A stretch of 64,000 nucleotides of DNA. Source: Candidatus Eiseniibacteriota bacterium (GTDB taxonomy: Bacteria; Eisenbacteria; RBG-16-71-46; JASEGR01). The DNA lies in the NCBI GenBank assembly GCA_030017955.1, contig JASEGR010000001.1, positions 13,761-77,760 of the forward strand. The letters are read 5' to 3'. The notes under the pieces were generated by a model. The model was given only the letters and a program-made list of their open reading frames with translations, was not told the origin of the DNA and searched no databases. Position 1 is the stretch's first letter. Each line of letters begins with the position of its first letter. Below, one piece after another: positions 1-8,852 of this stretch. The position numbers and the translations under genes were made by a program.

Positions 1-1840
1 ACCCGCCGCCGGAATTCCCGGTTCTGAACTCAAGACCATTGCGCGGCGGCCGTCCATTTTCCGCCTCCTCCCAGTTCGAAAGAATGAGCTCATGCGTCCA
101 CCGCAGATCTCCGAGGGTCTCATCAAGCGTGCCCTTCTCAAGCGAGAGCGAATTCGTTGGGCACTTATCGATGCAGTAGAAATCATTGCCCTTGCAGTTA
201 AAGCCGATGCATCTTGAGCTGAAGGGAGGCAGTGTCTGCTTGAAACCTCTGGGTCGTTTGTGGACGCCAAACGGGCAGAGGGATACGCAGTTGCCGCAGC
301 TTATGCATGAAGAACTTCTCAAGACTTTGTGGACCGGCACGTCATTTCGATAATACGCGGGGAATGGAGAACGCATAACTTCGGGCAGGGGGAAATTTCT
401 TGGGCCGAAGAACACTCGTCCGTCCGTGACGGGCCTAGAGCTTTCCCCAATAACGCCGAACGCCTCTTCCTCAAGCTCGCTGAAGAAGATCGCTCTCCCG
501 ACATCGCCCCTCAGGCGCCTGATCTCCCTCAACCCCATGGCTCCGAGGACTTCGAGCAATTGGTTTCGCCAGGCAGCGATAAGATTTACGATTCTCGAAG
601 ATCCCCAGTCACTCTCGACACTCTCAAGATTTGCCGGGCAGCTCCTTCCCTCCCGGCACTCACGGCATACGGAACATCCAAGACCTACAAGAAGGGCAAT
701 ATCAATTCCAACAACGTCAGCGCCGCAGATGATGCTCTTCGCCGCGTGTTCCGGTGCAGCCATCCCTCCGCTCACTATGAGGGTAACCTGATCCCTGATT
801 GCCTTCTCAACAAGGCCGAGGTGAACCTTCCGGAGCGGAACCGTGAGGTATTCGTTTTCATTGCCGTCGATCCTGGCATTGCAGTTGGCGTGCAGGTGAA
901 ATACTCGCGCCCCGGCCGAGAAGAAGTCGAGAACCGTGTTCAGAGTGTCCTTCGAGAAACGGACCTTGACCACTATGCGGCTGCCATTGAACTCCTTCAG
1001 CAGTTTCCGAAACTCGTCTGCTCCGACCTTGGAGTCAACCTCAATGAGCTTCGGCATGAACGGCCCTGACACGCATTTCTTTGCGGTCTCCCGCCAGCTC
1101 TCAAGTTCGTTGCCTCCGGTTCCGAAGTCCGGAACAAGGCATGGAAGGAAGCCGGCCATCTCATCTTCGATATGCCCGGTGTCTGTGAAGAAGACAGTCT
1201 CCAGTTTGGAGGCAGCCTCGACAAACGAGCAGAGAGTTCCTTTTCCCAGGACTCCGAACGGAGGCCTCAGAAAAACAAAAGGCACGGGGATCTCAAGCGG
1301 GACTTCGAGATCGCCAACCGCTGAATTCCCTGAGAACTCAAGGAAAGGGCTTGCGCCTCCGATATCCACAGACGTGCTGATATATTCTCTTCCATGAATT
1401 CCATCCCTGGTCGGCCGCACGATTTCAGACATGTCGGTCCACATGGAATCGAATCCTGGCCCGCTGAAGCTTCCTCTAAAGCCGGCGCCAAGAACCGGGA
1501 TCCTGCCGGTTTCCGCCTGGTACCAATTGGATGCGATTATCTCAGGGGTCCAATGCTCGTCACCGAGCAAGGAGTATGCCGGATTGAGTCTGGTGACAAG
1601 GACTTCCTTGGGGCATTCTTGAATACAGCGGAAGCAATTCTTGCAAAGATGGTTGGTAGGATCGCTCATTCTTCTCGGGTCTTCTTCCCTTCTTGAATGA
1701 GCCCCGTATATGCAGGCTGAGGCACAAATCCCGCACGCCGTACAGCCATCAAGTCTTTCAATGAGAAACTTTGCGAGAGGGGTAGTCCTCCCTGGAGCAG
1801 CCGTGGTTTCGATTGAATACTTGCTGCTCTGCCCTTTCAT
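1..1840 (-). CDS. Ferredoxin + FMN-binding glutamate-synthase-family protein with a tandemly repeated module; 3' end lies outside the window
   Basis: Translated by hand; absent from the ORF track because there is no stop in the window. ATG at 1840 gives MKGQSSKYSIE..CTACGICASAC..CKNCFRCIQECP..GFDSMWTDMSEIVRPTRDGIHGREYIST..RDQVTLIVSGG..KSIICGAD..CSVCREC..NQLLEVLGAMGLREIRRLRGDVGR, then continues in frame into a second CISCGNCVSLCP..CIDKCP..GDLRWT..SNWEEAENG module. Confidence 0.85.
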   Translation of the reverse strand, partial: MKGQSSKYSIETTAAPGRTTPLAKFLIERLDGCTACGICASACIYGAHSRREEDPRRMSDPTNHLCKNCFRCIQECPKEVLVTRLNPAYSLLGDEHWTPEIIASNWYQAETGRIPVLGAGFRGSFSGPGFDSMWTDMSEIVRPTRDGIHGREYISTSVDIGGASPFLEFSGNSAVGDLEVPLEIPVPFVFLRPPFGVLGKGTLCSFVEAASKLETVFFTDTGHIEDEMAGFLPCLVPDFGTGGNELESWRETAKKCVSGPFMPKLIEVDSKVGADEFRKLLKEFNGSRIVVKVRFSKDTLNTVLDFFSAGARVFHLHANCNARIDGNENEYLTVPLRKVHLGLVEKAIRDQVTLIVSGGMAAPEHAAKSIICGADVVGIDIALLVGLGCSVCRECREGRSCPANLESVESDWGSSRIVNLIAAWRNQLLEVLGAMGLREIRRLRGDVGRAIFFSELEEEAFGVIGESSRPVTDGRVFFGPRNFPLPEVMRSPFPAYYRNDVPVHKVLRSSSCISCGNCVSLCPFGVHKRPRGFKQTLPPFSSRCIGFNCKGNDFYCIDKCPTNSLSLEKGTLDETLGDLRWTHELILSNWEEAENGRPPRNGLEFRTGNSGGG

Positions 1841-1850
1841 CCCGTTGTTG

Positions 1851-1920
1851 TCACTTTTCACCTGTCACCACACACCTTTCACCTGACACCCAGCGCCTGA
1901 CACTTTCCACATCTTACCTC
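1851..1920. repeat. Degenerate heptamer tandem repeat (10 x 7 bp, consensus about TCACCTN)
   Basis: tcacttt|tcacctg|tcaccac|acacctt|tcacctg|acaccca|gcgcctg|acacttt|ccacatc|ttacctc. Confidence 0.75.
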
Positions 1921-1937
1921 GCGCCGTCGCCTTTCAT

Positions 1938-3752
1938 TCATCCGAGGTTCGGCCTTTCCATTATCTTTGCCTCTTCAATTCTCTTTACAAAATCCTCAAT
2001 TTCAGCGAAAGGCCTCCCCCGTTCCTTTTCAATGGAAAGCTCAAGTTCATTCCATGCGTCCTCGAGCCGAAGTGCGCTCTGGCAAACATCCGTACAGGCT
2101 TTGCAGTGCATGCACTGAAAGAGCTCTTCCTCCATTGAGAAAGAAGAGACCATGAGTTTTCCCTTTGCGGAGACCATTTCGTCACCTGTGAGAAGATATG
2201 CAGGACAAACCGGAACACAGGAACCACATCTCGAACACAGGAGAGTTGAATATTTCAGGTCACTCCGTTCCGAGCGGGGGAATCTTCTGGCCAACTCCAG
2301 AGTTTCGCCGGGGCTTGAGGCAATACCCTTTGCATGAATGAAACCGCGGCCGATCATCGAGAACAGTCCGGCCGATGTCGTGGAGAAAAGCATTCTCCAG
2401 AAGGGTTCAAGCTTCTCAACAGTAAGAAACTTCCCAGGATTCATGATTGCGTGAGGATCAAACGAAAGCTTCAGTTTCCTGAGCCTCTCCAATTCTGCAT
2501 TCCCGATGGAGCTGGTGAGAAAAGGAGCATTCCAGAGTCCAATTCCATACGGCCTTGCCCCGAGTCTCAGCCCCAGGCCGGTGAGGTAGTAGGGAATTAC
2601 TGACGAAAGAAGAAAACCTGGAGATGAAGGTTGGCCTACCGGCAGGAATCCCATCACGTGAGCTTCATCGTTCGGGCCGAAATACGCGTCGAACCCCATT
2701 CTCACTCCTTCTAGCTTGTCTCTGAAAAGGGCGAGAAGCTCACACAGATTTCTTCTTTCGACAACCAGACTCACCGCGACTATTCCGGGGCCAAGCCGTT
2801 TAGCTTTCAACGGAGAGAACATCTCATGCCAGAGGAACTGAGCCTTGTAGCCTTCAAGCTCACTGATATTCGAAGACCCGCCGATGATTCGTCTTGTCTC
2901 ATCAAGGCCCTCACCGGTTCCCTGGACAAAGAGCACTGATGAATCTCCAAAAAGTCTATCGCCTGAGTAGAGATCAAGCTGCGCGAGCCTTATTCCATCA
3001 ATTAGTCTTGCATCTGTGACCGTACTGACATTCTTAAGAAGCTCATCAATGAGTCCCATGGCATCGGGAGGTTCCGCGAACGACGCTGCGACCATCCAGG
3101 GCTTCTCTCTTTTCATTGCTGAAACCGAAATCGTCTTTACGATTCCAAGCTGACCTTCAGAGCCAAAGAGCAGAGGGAAACTCTCGTCTCCTCTTTCCAC
3201 TTTCAATGTCTCTCCATTTGCAGTCAGAAATTCAACGAACCTCACCTGATTTGAGAAGTGCCCGTATTTGAGGCTTCCAACTCCCACACCGCCCGTGGAA
3301 AGCCAACCGCCTATTGTAGAAAACCAGCTTGTAGGGTGAGCCTTGAGCCCAAGTCCGAAATGAGCCAAAGCTGCGTCGGCTTCGAACCACTTTGCCCCTG
3401 CCTGCGCCGTGAAATACTGCTCTGCCTCGTTGACCTCTATGATGCCGGAAAGAAAAGACAGATCCACGACTGCGCCTCCGATTGGCGCGAGGCAGCCGCC
3501 AAGCCCCCAGGAGCCGGAACCTCGAGGCACCACTGGAATGCCTTCCTTTGATGCAAGTATCATGAATGTCTTGAGGGCGTTGGAAGTATGCGGTTGAAAG
3601 ACGAAATCAGGCCGGGTTCTGAGGAAGAATCTCACCAAGCCGGGGAGATCACTCTGGTCAAAGGAATAGATGTGGAGAAGAGAGTTCTTCGTGAAGATTT
3701 TGGCTTCGCTCCCGGCCTCTCTCCTGAGCATGTGAAGAAATTTGTTACTCAC
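1938..3752 (-). CDS. FAD-linked oxidoreductase (GlcD/D-lactate dehydrogenase-like) with C-terminal 4Fe-4S dicluster domain
   Basis: VVPRGSGS, STIGGWLSTGG, GSEGQLGIV, FDPHAIMNPGK; CSRCGSCVPVCP and CMHCKACTDVC. Confidence 0.85.
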   Translation of the reverse strand: MSNKFLHMLRREAGSEAKIFTKNSLLHIYSFDQSDLPGLVRFFLRTRPDFVFQPHTSNALKTFMILASKEGIPVVPRGSGSWGLGGCLAPIGGAVVDLSFLSGIIEVNEAEQYFTAQAGAKWFEADAALAHFGLGLKAHPTSWFSTIGGWLSTGGVGVGSLKYGHFSNQVRFVEFLTANGETLKVERGDESFPLLFGSEGQLGIVKTISVSAMKREKPWMVAASFAEPPDAMGLIDELLKNVSTVTDARLIDGIRLAQLDLYSGDRLFGDSSVLFVQGTGEGLDETRRIIGGSSNISELEGYKAQFLWHEMFSPLKAKRLGPGIVAVSLVVERRNLCELLALFRDKLEGVRMGFDAYFGPNDEAHVMGFLPVGQPSSPGFLLSSVIPYYLTGLGLRLGARPYGIGLWNAPFLTSSIGNAELERLRKLKLSFDPHAIMNPGKFLTVEKLEPFWRMLFSTTSAGLFSMIGRGFIHAKGIASSPGETLELARRFPRSERSDLKYSTLLCSRCGSCVPVCPAYLLTGDEMVSAKGKLMVSSFSMEEELFQCMHCKACTDVCQSALRLEDAWNELELSIEKERGRPFAEIEDFVKRIEEAKIMERPNLG

Positions 3753-3960
3753 CTGACCTCTTTCTCTCGTTTGCCTTCATCTTTGATCAGGCGCAGCCTA
3801 AAGAGAATTGAATTCCCGCCCAGAAATCGGACAGGCCGCCCTCTTGCGGCCTGATCGCCATCGAGCCATCCTAAGCTTCTCCTTCGCGTCCCGCCTCCTT
3901 TGGCCTGTCTATGTCCTTCTTTCCAGCCACTCCAGAGCGGGCACCCTCCCGGCCTGCGGT

Positions 3961-5703
3961 TCATTCACTCTGGATTCTCTCCCTGAATCTATTGGTTATG
4001 GGAAGCCTTCTATCCTTACCGAACGCACGGGGACTTATCTTGATTCCAAGGGGGCCCTGCCTTCTCTTATACTCGCTTCGGTCAACCATGTCTATGACGG
4101 CCTTGACTGTCGCCTCGTCGTACCCCATTGAAGTTATTTCGGCAAGACTCATGTCCTTCTCTATGTAAAACTCAAGAATCGGGTCAAGAACTGGATACGG
4201 AGGCAGCGTGTCTTCGTCCTTCTGGTTTGGCTTAAGTTCGGCTGAAGGCACCTTGGTAAGCACTCGTTCCGGGATGGGTGAACCGTTCTTGTTGCGCATG
4301 CCGGCAAGAGAGTATACAAGCTCCTTGGGCACATCTTTTATCACTGCGAATCCGCCGACCATGTCTCCATAGAGTGTGCAATAACCCGTTGACAGCTCGC
4401 TCTTATTGCCGGTTGAAAACACCAGGTGACCGAATTTGTTTGATATTGCCATGAGGAGTGTCCCTCTTATCCGGGCCTGAAGGTTCTCCTCGGTGATATT
4501 CTCCTCATGGCCTCTGAAAACCGGATCCAGGCTCTGCTTGCACTTTTCAAGGATGTCCGTTATGGGTATTGTGATGAGCTCGATGCCTAACCTGCTGCAA
4601 AGCTCGTGTGTATCTTCAGCACTTTCGCTCGAAGTGAACTGGGAAGGAAGGAAAACTCCGAGAACATTTGCTTTGCCGAGCGCATCCACCGAGATCACTG
4701 CAGTGAGCGAGGAATCAATTCCGCCGCTCAACCCCAGCACGACTTTCCTGAAACCGTTCTTACGGACATAGTCCCTTGTTCCAAGCACAAGCCCTTTGTA
4801 GATCTCCTCGACGAGCGGCAGACTTTCGTGGATTTGCGGCGGGGTTGCAGGTTTTGGGAACTGAATCTCCTGGTCGAGCTTCACAAATGCAAGCTTCTCC
4901 TCACCGGAAGAGACTCCTGGTTTCTTTTCCCTTACTCTGGGATCATGAAGCCTGGCCCTGAAGATGTCGTCCACATCGATATCGGAAATGAGAAGCTCTT
5001 CTTCGAAGGTGAGAGCCCTGGCCTTGATATTTCCTTTTTGATCGATGATCAAACTTCTCCCGTCAAAAAGGAGCTCATCCTGTCCGCCGACAAGATTTAC
5101 ATATCCAACGCATGCCGCATTGTCCATGGCTCTTGTGACAAGCATTCTCTCTCGCATCTCACCCTTACCTGCATGATACGGGGAGGATGAAATGTTGATC
5201 ACGATTTCGGCACCTCCGGAAACGACCTCTGTCTTTGCGGGGCCATCTGGGTGCCAGATGTCTTCACAAATGTTCACTCCGACGTTTATTCCGTCTATCG
5301 AGAAAACCAGACACTCTGTGCCGGGTTCGAAATACCGCTTCTCATCAAAAACGCCGTAGTTTGGGAGATACATCTTTCTGTAGATCGCCTTCACGTCTCC
5401 ATCATGAATGACTGCAAGCGCATTGTGTATGCCAACCTGCTTATCCACAAACCCGACTATTGAGACGATGCCTTTCGTCTTCGATGCGACTACATCAAGA
5501 TACTTGAGATTCTCCTTCACAAAAGCAGGCTTGAGGAGAAGGTCTTCGGGAGGATAACCGGTAATTACGAGCTCCGGGAAGGCGACAACATCTGCCCCGG
5601 CTTTCCTTGCCATCTGCGTCCACTCGACAATCTTCTCAGAGTTTCCGGCCAGATCGCCAACCGTAACATTTATCTGGGCAAGAGCTAGTCTTAACCGTCT
5701 CAC
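3961..5703 (-). CDS. nadE: Glutamine-dependent NAD+ synthetase
   Basis: Nitrilase domain (FPEL, LPNYGVFDEKRYF, ICEDIW) plus synthetase motifs GLSGGIDSS, ENLQARIRG, TGNKSE, PSAEL, SEYKRRQ. Confidence 0.97.
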   Translation of the reverse strand: MRRLRLALAQINVTVGDLAGNSEKIVEWTQMARKAGADVVAFPELVITGYPPEDLLLKPAFVKENLKYLDVVASKTKGIVSIVGFVDKQVGIHNALAVIHDGDVKAIYRKMYLPNYGVFDEKRYFEPGTECLVFSIDGINVGVNICEDIWHPDGPAKTEVVSGGAEIVINISSSPYHAGKGEMRERMLVTRAMDNAACVGYVNLVGGQDELLFDGRSLIIDQKGNIKARALTFEEELLISDIDVDDIFRARLHDPRVREKKPGVSSGEEKLAFVKLDQEIQFPKPATPPQIHESLPLVEEIYKGLVLGTRDYVRKNGFRKVVLGLSGGIDSSLTAVISVDALGKANVLGVFLPSQFTSSESAEDTHELCSRLGIELITIPITDILEKCKQSLDPVFRGHEENITEENLQARIRGTLLMAISNKFGHLVFSTGNKSELSTGYCTLYGDMVGGFAVIKDVPKELVYSLAGMRNKNGSPIPERVLTKVPSAELKPNQKDEDTLPPYPVLDPILEFYIEKDMSLAEITSMGYDEATVKAVIDMVDRSEYKRRQGPLGIKISPRAFGKDRRLPITNRFRERIQSE

Positions 5704-5786
5704 ACCGATACCAGTCCTTTCAGCGGCCCCAACACATCACCCATCACCGACGAAAAATGCGCGTTTCCGCTCCTGTCGATTCCCTG

Positions 5787-6473
5787 TCACATCCTCCTTG
5801 TCTCTTCAACGTAGGGGATGGGGTCCCGGGCTCCCGCTTCCTTGAACGCCCTCAACCTGAGCGCGCAGCTTTCGCAGTTTCCACATGCCACATCGTTTCT
5901 CGAATAGCAGGACCAGGAGAGCTCAAATGGTGCGTCCAACTCCATGCCTTTTCTCACAATTTCACTCTTCTTCATTCCTATGAGCGGAGCGACAACCGTC
6001 ATACTCGTCCCCGGCTTCGTGCCACACTCTATCACTTTGTTGAATGAATCAACAAACTCTTTTCTGCAGTCCGGGTACCCTGAACTATCCGCCTCAACAG
6101 CTCCAAAGAATATTTTCTCCGCTTCTATCACTTCACCCCAGGAAACTGCAATTGAAAGAATGTTCGCGTTCCTGAAGGGAACGTATGAAGAGGGAATTCC
6201 AGTTCTGCTGAGGTCTGCACCGGGAATGGGAATTCTCTCGTCCGTCAGGCTCGAGCCTCCAATTTTCTTCAGATATTCAACATTCACGACGAGCTCATGC
6301 CTTGCTCTGTAGAATTTCGCCTGCTCTCTGAATGCTTTGAGCTCCCTCACTTCAGTCCTCTGCCCATAGTTGAGATGGAGAAATGCGAGCTCATGGGTCT
6401 GAGAAGCAATTGCCGCGCAGACCAGACTGTCCATACCTCCGCTTGCGAGGACTATTGCAATTTCGCTTTTCAA
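5787..6473 (-). CDS. queC: 7-cyano-7-deazaguanine synthase
   Basis: SGGMDS, YGQR, YVPFRN, GYPDCR, SWSCY..CGNCESC. Confidence 0.97.
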   Translation of the reverse strand: MKSEIAIVLASGGMDSLVCAAIASQTHELAFLHLNYGQRTEVRELKAFREQAKFYRARHELVVNVEYLKKIGGSSLTDERIPIPGADLSRTGIPSSYVPFRNANILSIAVSWGEVIEAEKIFFGAVEADSSGYPDCRKEFVDSFNKVIECGTKPGTSMTVVAPLIGMKKSEIVRKGMELDAPFELSWSCYSRNDVACGNCESCALRLRAFKEAGARDPIPYVEETRRM

Positions 6474-6495
6474 GAGAACTGTCTCCTCTCGACCT

Positions 6496-7134
6496 TCATT
6501 TTCGAGTTCCGCGGCCCCAAATATACTTATGCAGCTGGAGATTGAGCCTTACATCGAGGCCGTCCTCTAAGATCCAGTCTGCCAGCTTGCAAGGGTGGAG
6601 ACGTCCAAACGCACATGAAAACAGAACGTTACTCTTTTCTGTAAGCTTGTGTCTTCTTGTAACCTTCTTTGCCCACTCATAGTCAGCCCTGTCTTGGACT
6701 ACGAACTTAACCTCATCCTTATTTCCAATAAGCTTGAGATTTCTCCAGTTGACCCGCGCCGACTCTCCACTCCCGGGGCATTTTATGTCCACTATCTTCA
6801 CTGCCTTCTTGCTGAGTTTGGAAATGTCAACGGTCCCATTTGTCTCGACCAGAACTGTGAATTTCTTTTTCGTCAGAGCGCGGACGAGGTTCGGCGTTTC
6901 CTCTTGAAGAAGAGGCTCACCGCCCGTGATTTCAACAAGCTTAACGCCGCTTCTTCCGGCCTCGCGAAGGACTTCGTTGATAGTCATTTCCTGTCCACCC
7001 TCATAGGCATATCTCGAATCGCAGTAGGTGCACCGGAGATTGCATCCTGAAAGTCTTACGAATACGCATGGAAGCCCTTGAAAACTTGACTCGCCCTGAA
7101 TGCTCGTGAAGATTTCTTTGACCAGCAGGCTCAC
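6496..7134 (-). CDS. queE: 7-carboxy-7-deazaguanine synthase (radical SAM)
   Basis: [31 protein letters not shown]. Confidence 0.96.
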   Translation of the reverse strand: MSLLVKEIFTSIQGESSFQGLPCVFVRLSGCNLRCTYCDSRYAYEGGQEMTINEVLREAGRSGVKLVEITGGEPLLQEETPNLVRALTKKKFTVLVETNGTVDISKLSKKAVKIVDIKCPGSGESARVNWRNLKLIGNKDEVKFVVQDRADYEWAKKVTRRHKLTEKSNVLFSCAFGRLHPCKLADWILEDGLDVRLNLQLHKYIWGRGTRK

Positions 7135-7145
7135 TTCTCTTCCTT

Positions 7146-7445
7146 AGACAAGGTAGCTCCCCTCTCCCCTCAAGAGAAAGCGAGGGACGAACACCAGGCA
7201 AGGTAGTCTCCCTCTCCCCCTCAAAGAAAGTGACGGACGAACACCAGACAAGGTAGCTCCCCTCTCCCCTCAAGAGAGAGCGAGGGATGAATACCAGACA
7301 AAGTAGTCTCCCTCTCTCCCCTAAAAGAAAGCGAGGGGCGAACACCAGACAAGGTAGCCTCCCTCTCCCCCTAAAAGAAAGCGAGGGGCGAATACCAGAC
7401 AAGGTAGTCTCCCTCTCCCCTTCGGGGAGAGGGTAGGGTGAGGGG
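7146..7445. repeat. Tandem array of six ~50-bp units ending in a complete BoxC-like REP palindrome
   Basis: Units start at 7146, 7196, 7246, 7296, 7347 and 7397 (agacaaggtag..ccctctcccc..aagaaagcgaggg.cgaa.acc); the last unit ends ccctctccccttcggggagagggtagggtgagggg. Confidence 0.92.
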
Positions 7446-7529
7446 GTCGGCCACGACCCCCTCATACCCCCTGGCAGTGTGCCTTATGAAACATCCTGCA
7501 TTTCGTAAAGCTATTTCTGGGACGGCACA

Positions 7530-7895
7530 CTAGGGGGAATATGTGACCGATTGCCCCTCGGATTCCCACACTGTGACTGACGTGAGTTTTGCCTTTCCAG
7601 AGAGCTTCTGTCGGTATTTCCGGAAAATGTGCGAGGCAATATGTTCGGAAGTCGGGTTTGTCTTGGAGAATTCTTCAAGCTCATTCAGGTATTTGTGGTC
7701 GAGCTGGTCTGTTACCTCTTTGAGAAGAGACTTCAGAGTCTCAAAATCAATGCTCATCCCGATTTGATTCAGCTCGTCCACCCGCACTGCAGCGGAAACT
7801 TTCCAGTTGTGTCCATGAAGCGCAGAACATTTTCCCTGGTATCCGACGAGGCGGTGTGCGCCCGAGAATCTTGAGTCAACTGAAATTGTGAACAC
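7530..7895 (-). CDS. queD: 6-carboxy-5,6,7,8-tetrahydropterin synthase
   Basis: FSGAHRL..CSALHGHNW, LDHKYLN, NPTSE, VWES. Confidence 0.96.
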   Translation of the reverse strand: MFTISVDSRFSGAHRLVGYQGKCSALHGHNWKVSAAVRVDELNQIGMSIDFETLKSLLKEVTDQLDHKYLNELEEFSKTNPTSEHIASHIFRKYRQKLSGKAKLTSVTVWESEGQSVTYSP

Positions 7896-7927
7896 AGAAC
7901 CTCCCTCATGAGAGTTCTTTTCCGGTT

Positions 7928-7956
7928 AGATTATCAGGAGCTACTGGCGGTGTCAA
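7928..7956 (-). promoter_or_regulatory. sigma70-type promoter of the que operon
   Basis: Minus strand TTGACA-N17-TAATCT, 32 nt upstream of the queD GTG. Confidence 0.65.
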
Positions 7957-8010
7957 ACGAGCCTGATCGTGATTCATACTGGGTATCTCTTACAAACATC
8001 TCAATTCATC

Positions 8011-8040
8011 TTGACGGACGCTTTTTGCGTCTGCTAGCCT
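8011..8040 (+). promoter_or_regulatory. Putative promoter of the GyrI-like gene with a dyad in the spacer
   Basis: TTGACG-N18-TAGCCT with TG extension; spacer contains GACGC-TTTTT-GCGTC. Confidence 0.4.
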
Positions 8041-8077
8041 CCATCCGGCCTTTTTTGCCAAGAAAGGGGGTGAGTAT

Positions 8078-8668
8078 ATGAATAGGTCAAGAATTGGTCT
8101 CGTATGCTCGGGGCTTCTCCTTGCAGTCATTCTCCTGGCGATGCTTGTCTCCACCTCTTTTGCCGGAGATATACCGGAAAAACCTGCAGCCAAGAGTTTC
8201 CCTGTCAAGACAAAGACTGCAGAGCCCAAGATTGTGGCTTGCCTCGCCTACAAGGGTTCCTATGATGCCCACGAGCGGGTAATTGGCAAGCTGACAGACT
8301 GGGTCAAGCAGAATGGGCTGCTCGTCGCCGGTCCTGTCTGTGGCGTTTACTACAACAACCCCATGGACAGTAAGCCAGAGGAGCTGAAGTGGGAGATACA
8401 GATTCCTGTTGTCGAGGGGGTCACTGCTTCTGCGAAGGAAGGCGAGCCAACCACCAAGGAACGCGGCGCGGCTCTGGTAGCTTACACTTTTTACAAGGGA
8501 CCTTACGAGCAGGTAGGCATGGCTTACGGGGCGCTTTTCGAGTGGGTTGGAAAGAACGGATATGTTCCTGCCGGACCATGCACAGAAATATTCTGGTCGG
8601 ATCCCAGTACGCCCAAGGAGTCATGTGTAACGGAAATCCAGGTTCCGATCAATCCCGTCAAGAAGTAA
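8078..8668 (+). CDS. Secreted GyrI-like small-molecule-binding protein
   Basis: Signal peptide (..LVSTSFA|G); two internal repeats YKGSY..L..WV..NG..AGP..Y..P..EIQIPV and YKGPY..EWVGKNGYVPAGP..EIQVPI. Confidence 0.85.
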   Translation: MNRSRIGLVCSGLLLAVILLAMLVSTSFAGDIPEKPAAKSFPVKTKTAEPKIVACLAYKGSYDAHERVIGKLTDWVKQNGLLVAGPVCGVYYNNPMDSKPEELKWEIQIPVVEGVTASAKEGEPTTKERGAALVAYTFYKGPYEQVGMAYGALFEWVGKNGYVPAGPCTEIFWSDPSTPKESCVTEIQVPINPVKK

Positions 8669-8852
8669 CGCTTCTGGCTATCAGGCTCCCCGCCTCCGGG
8701 TGTCGTCATTCTGGGAATGAGTTTCTTGGGAGAAGGCATCAGGATCCGGGGAGTCCCTCCCGCTATTCTGGAAGAGGCTCAGGGTCAGAGGCATTGTGCC
8801 GACAAGTTAAGAGGAATCTCTCATCAAGCGGTTCAACGAAGTGGAGACACAA

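Noticed and set aside
329..1696. Plus-strand ORFs of 246, 121, 153 and 100 aa
   Set aside because: They are antisense shadows of the minus-strand GltB-like gene.
3870..3915. c-di-GMP-I riboswitch (GGGACGCGAAG resembles GGGACGCAAAG)
   Set aside because: The GGCAAA/GAAA-tetraloop stem and the downstream receptor helix are missing.
7146..7445. CRISPR array
   Set aside because: Whole units are similar, with no unique spacers, and no cas genes are nearby.
7001..7465. 154-aa minus-strand ORF
   Set aside because: It is a translation of the tandem repeat and overlaps queE out of frame.
5787..7895. Dpd-type 7-deazaguanine DNA modification or defence island
   Set aside because: No dpdA/tgt-like or helicase genes in the window; ordinary queuosine precursor synthesis is the simpler reading.
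7896..7930. preQ1 riboswitch upstream of queD
   Set aside because: The leader is only about 30 nt and lacks the preQ1 stem-loop plus A-rich tail; only a weak hairpin over the RBS is present.
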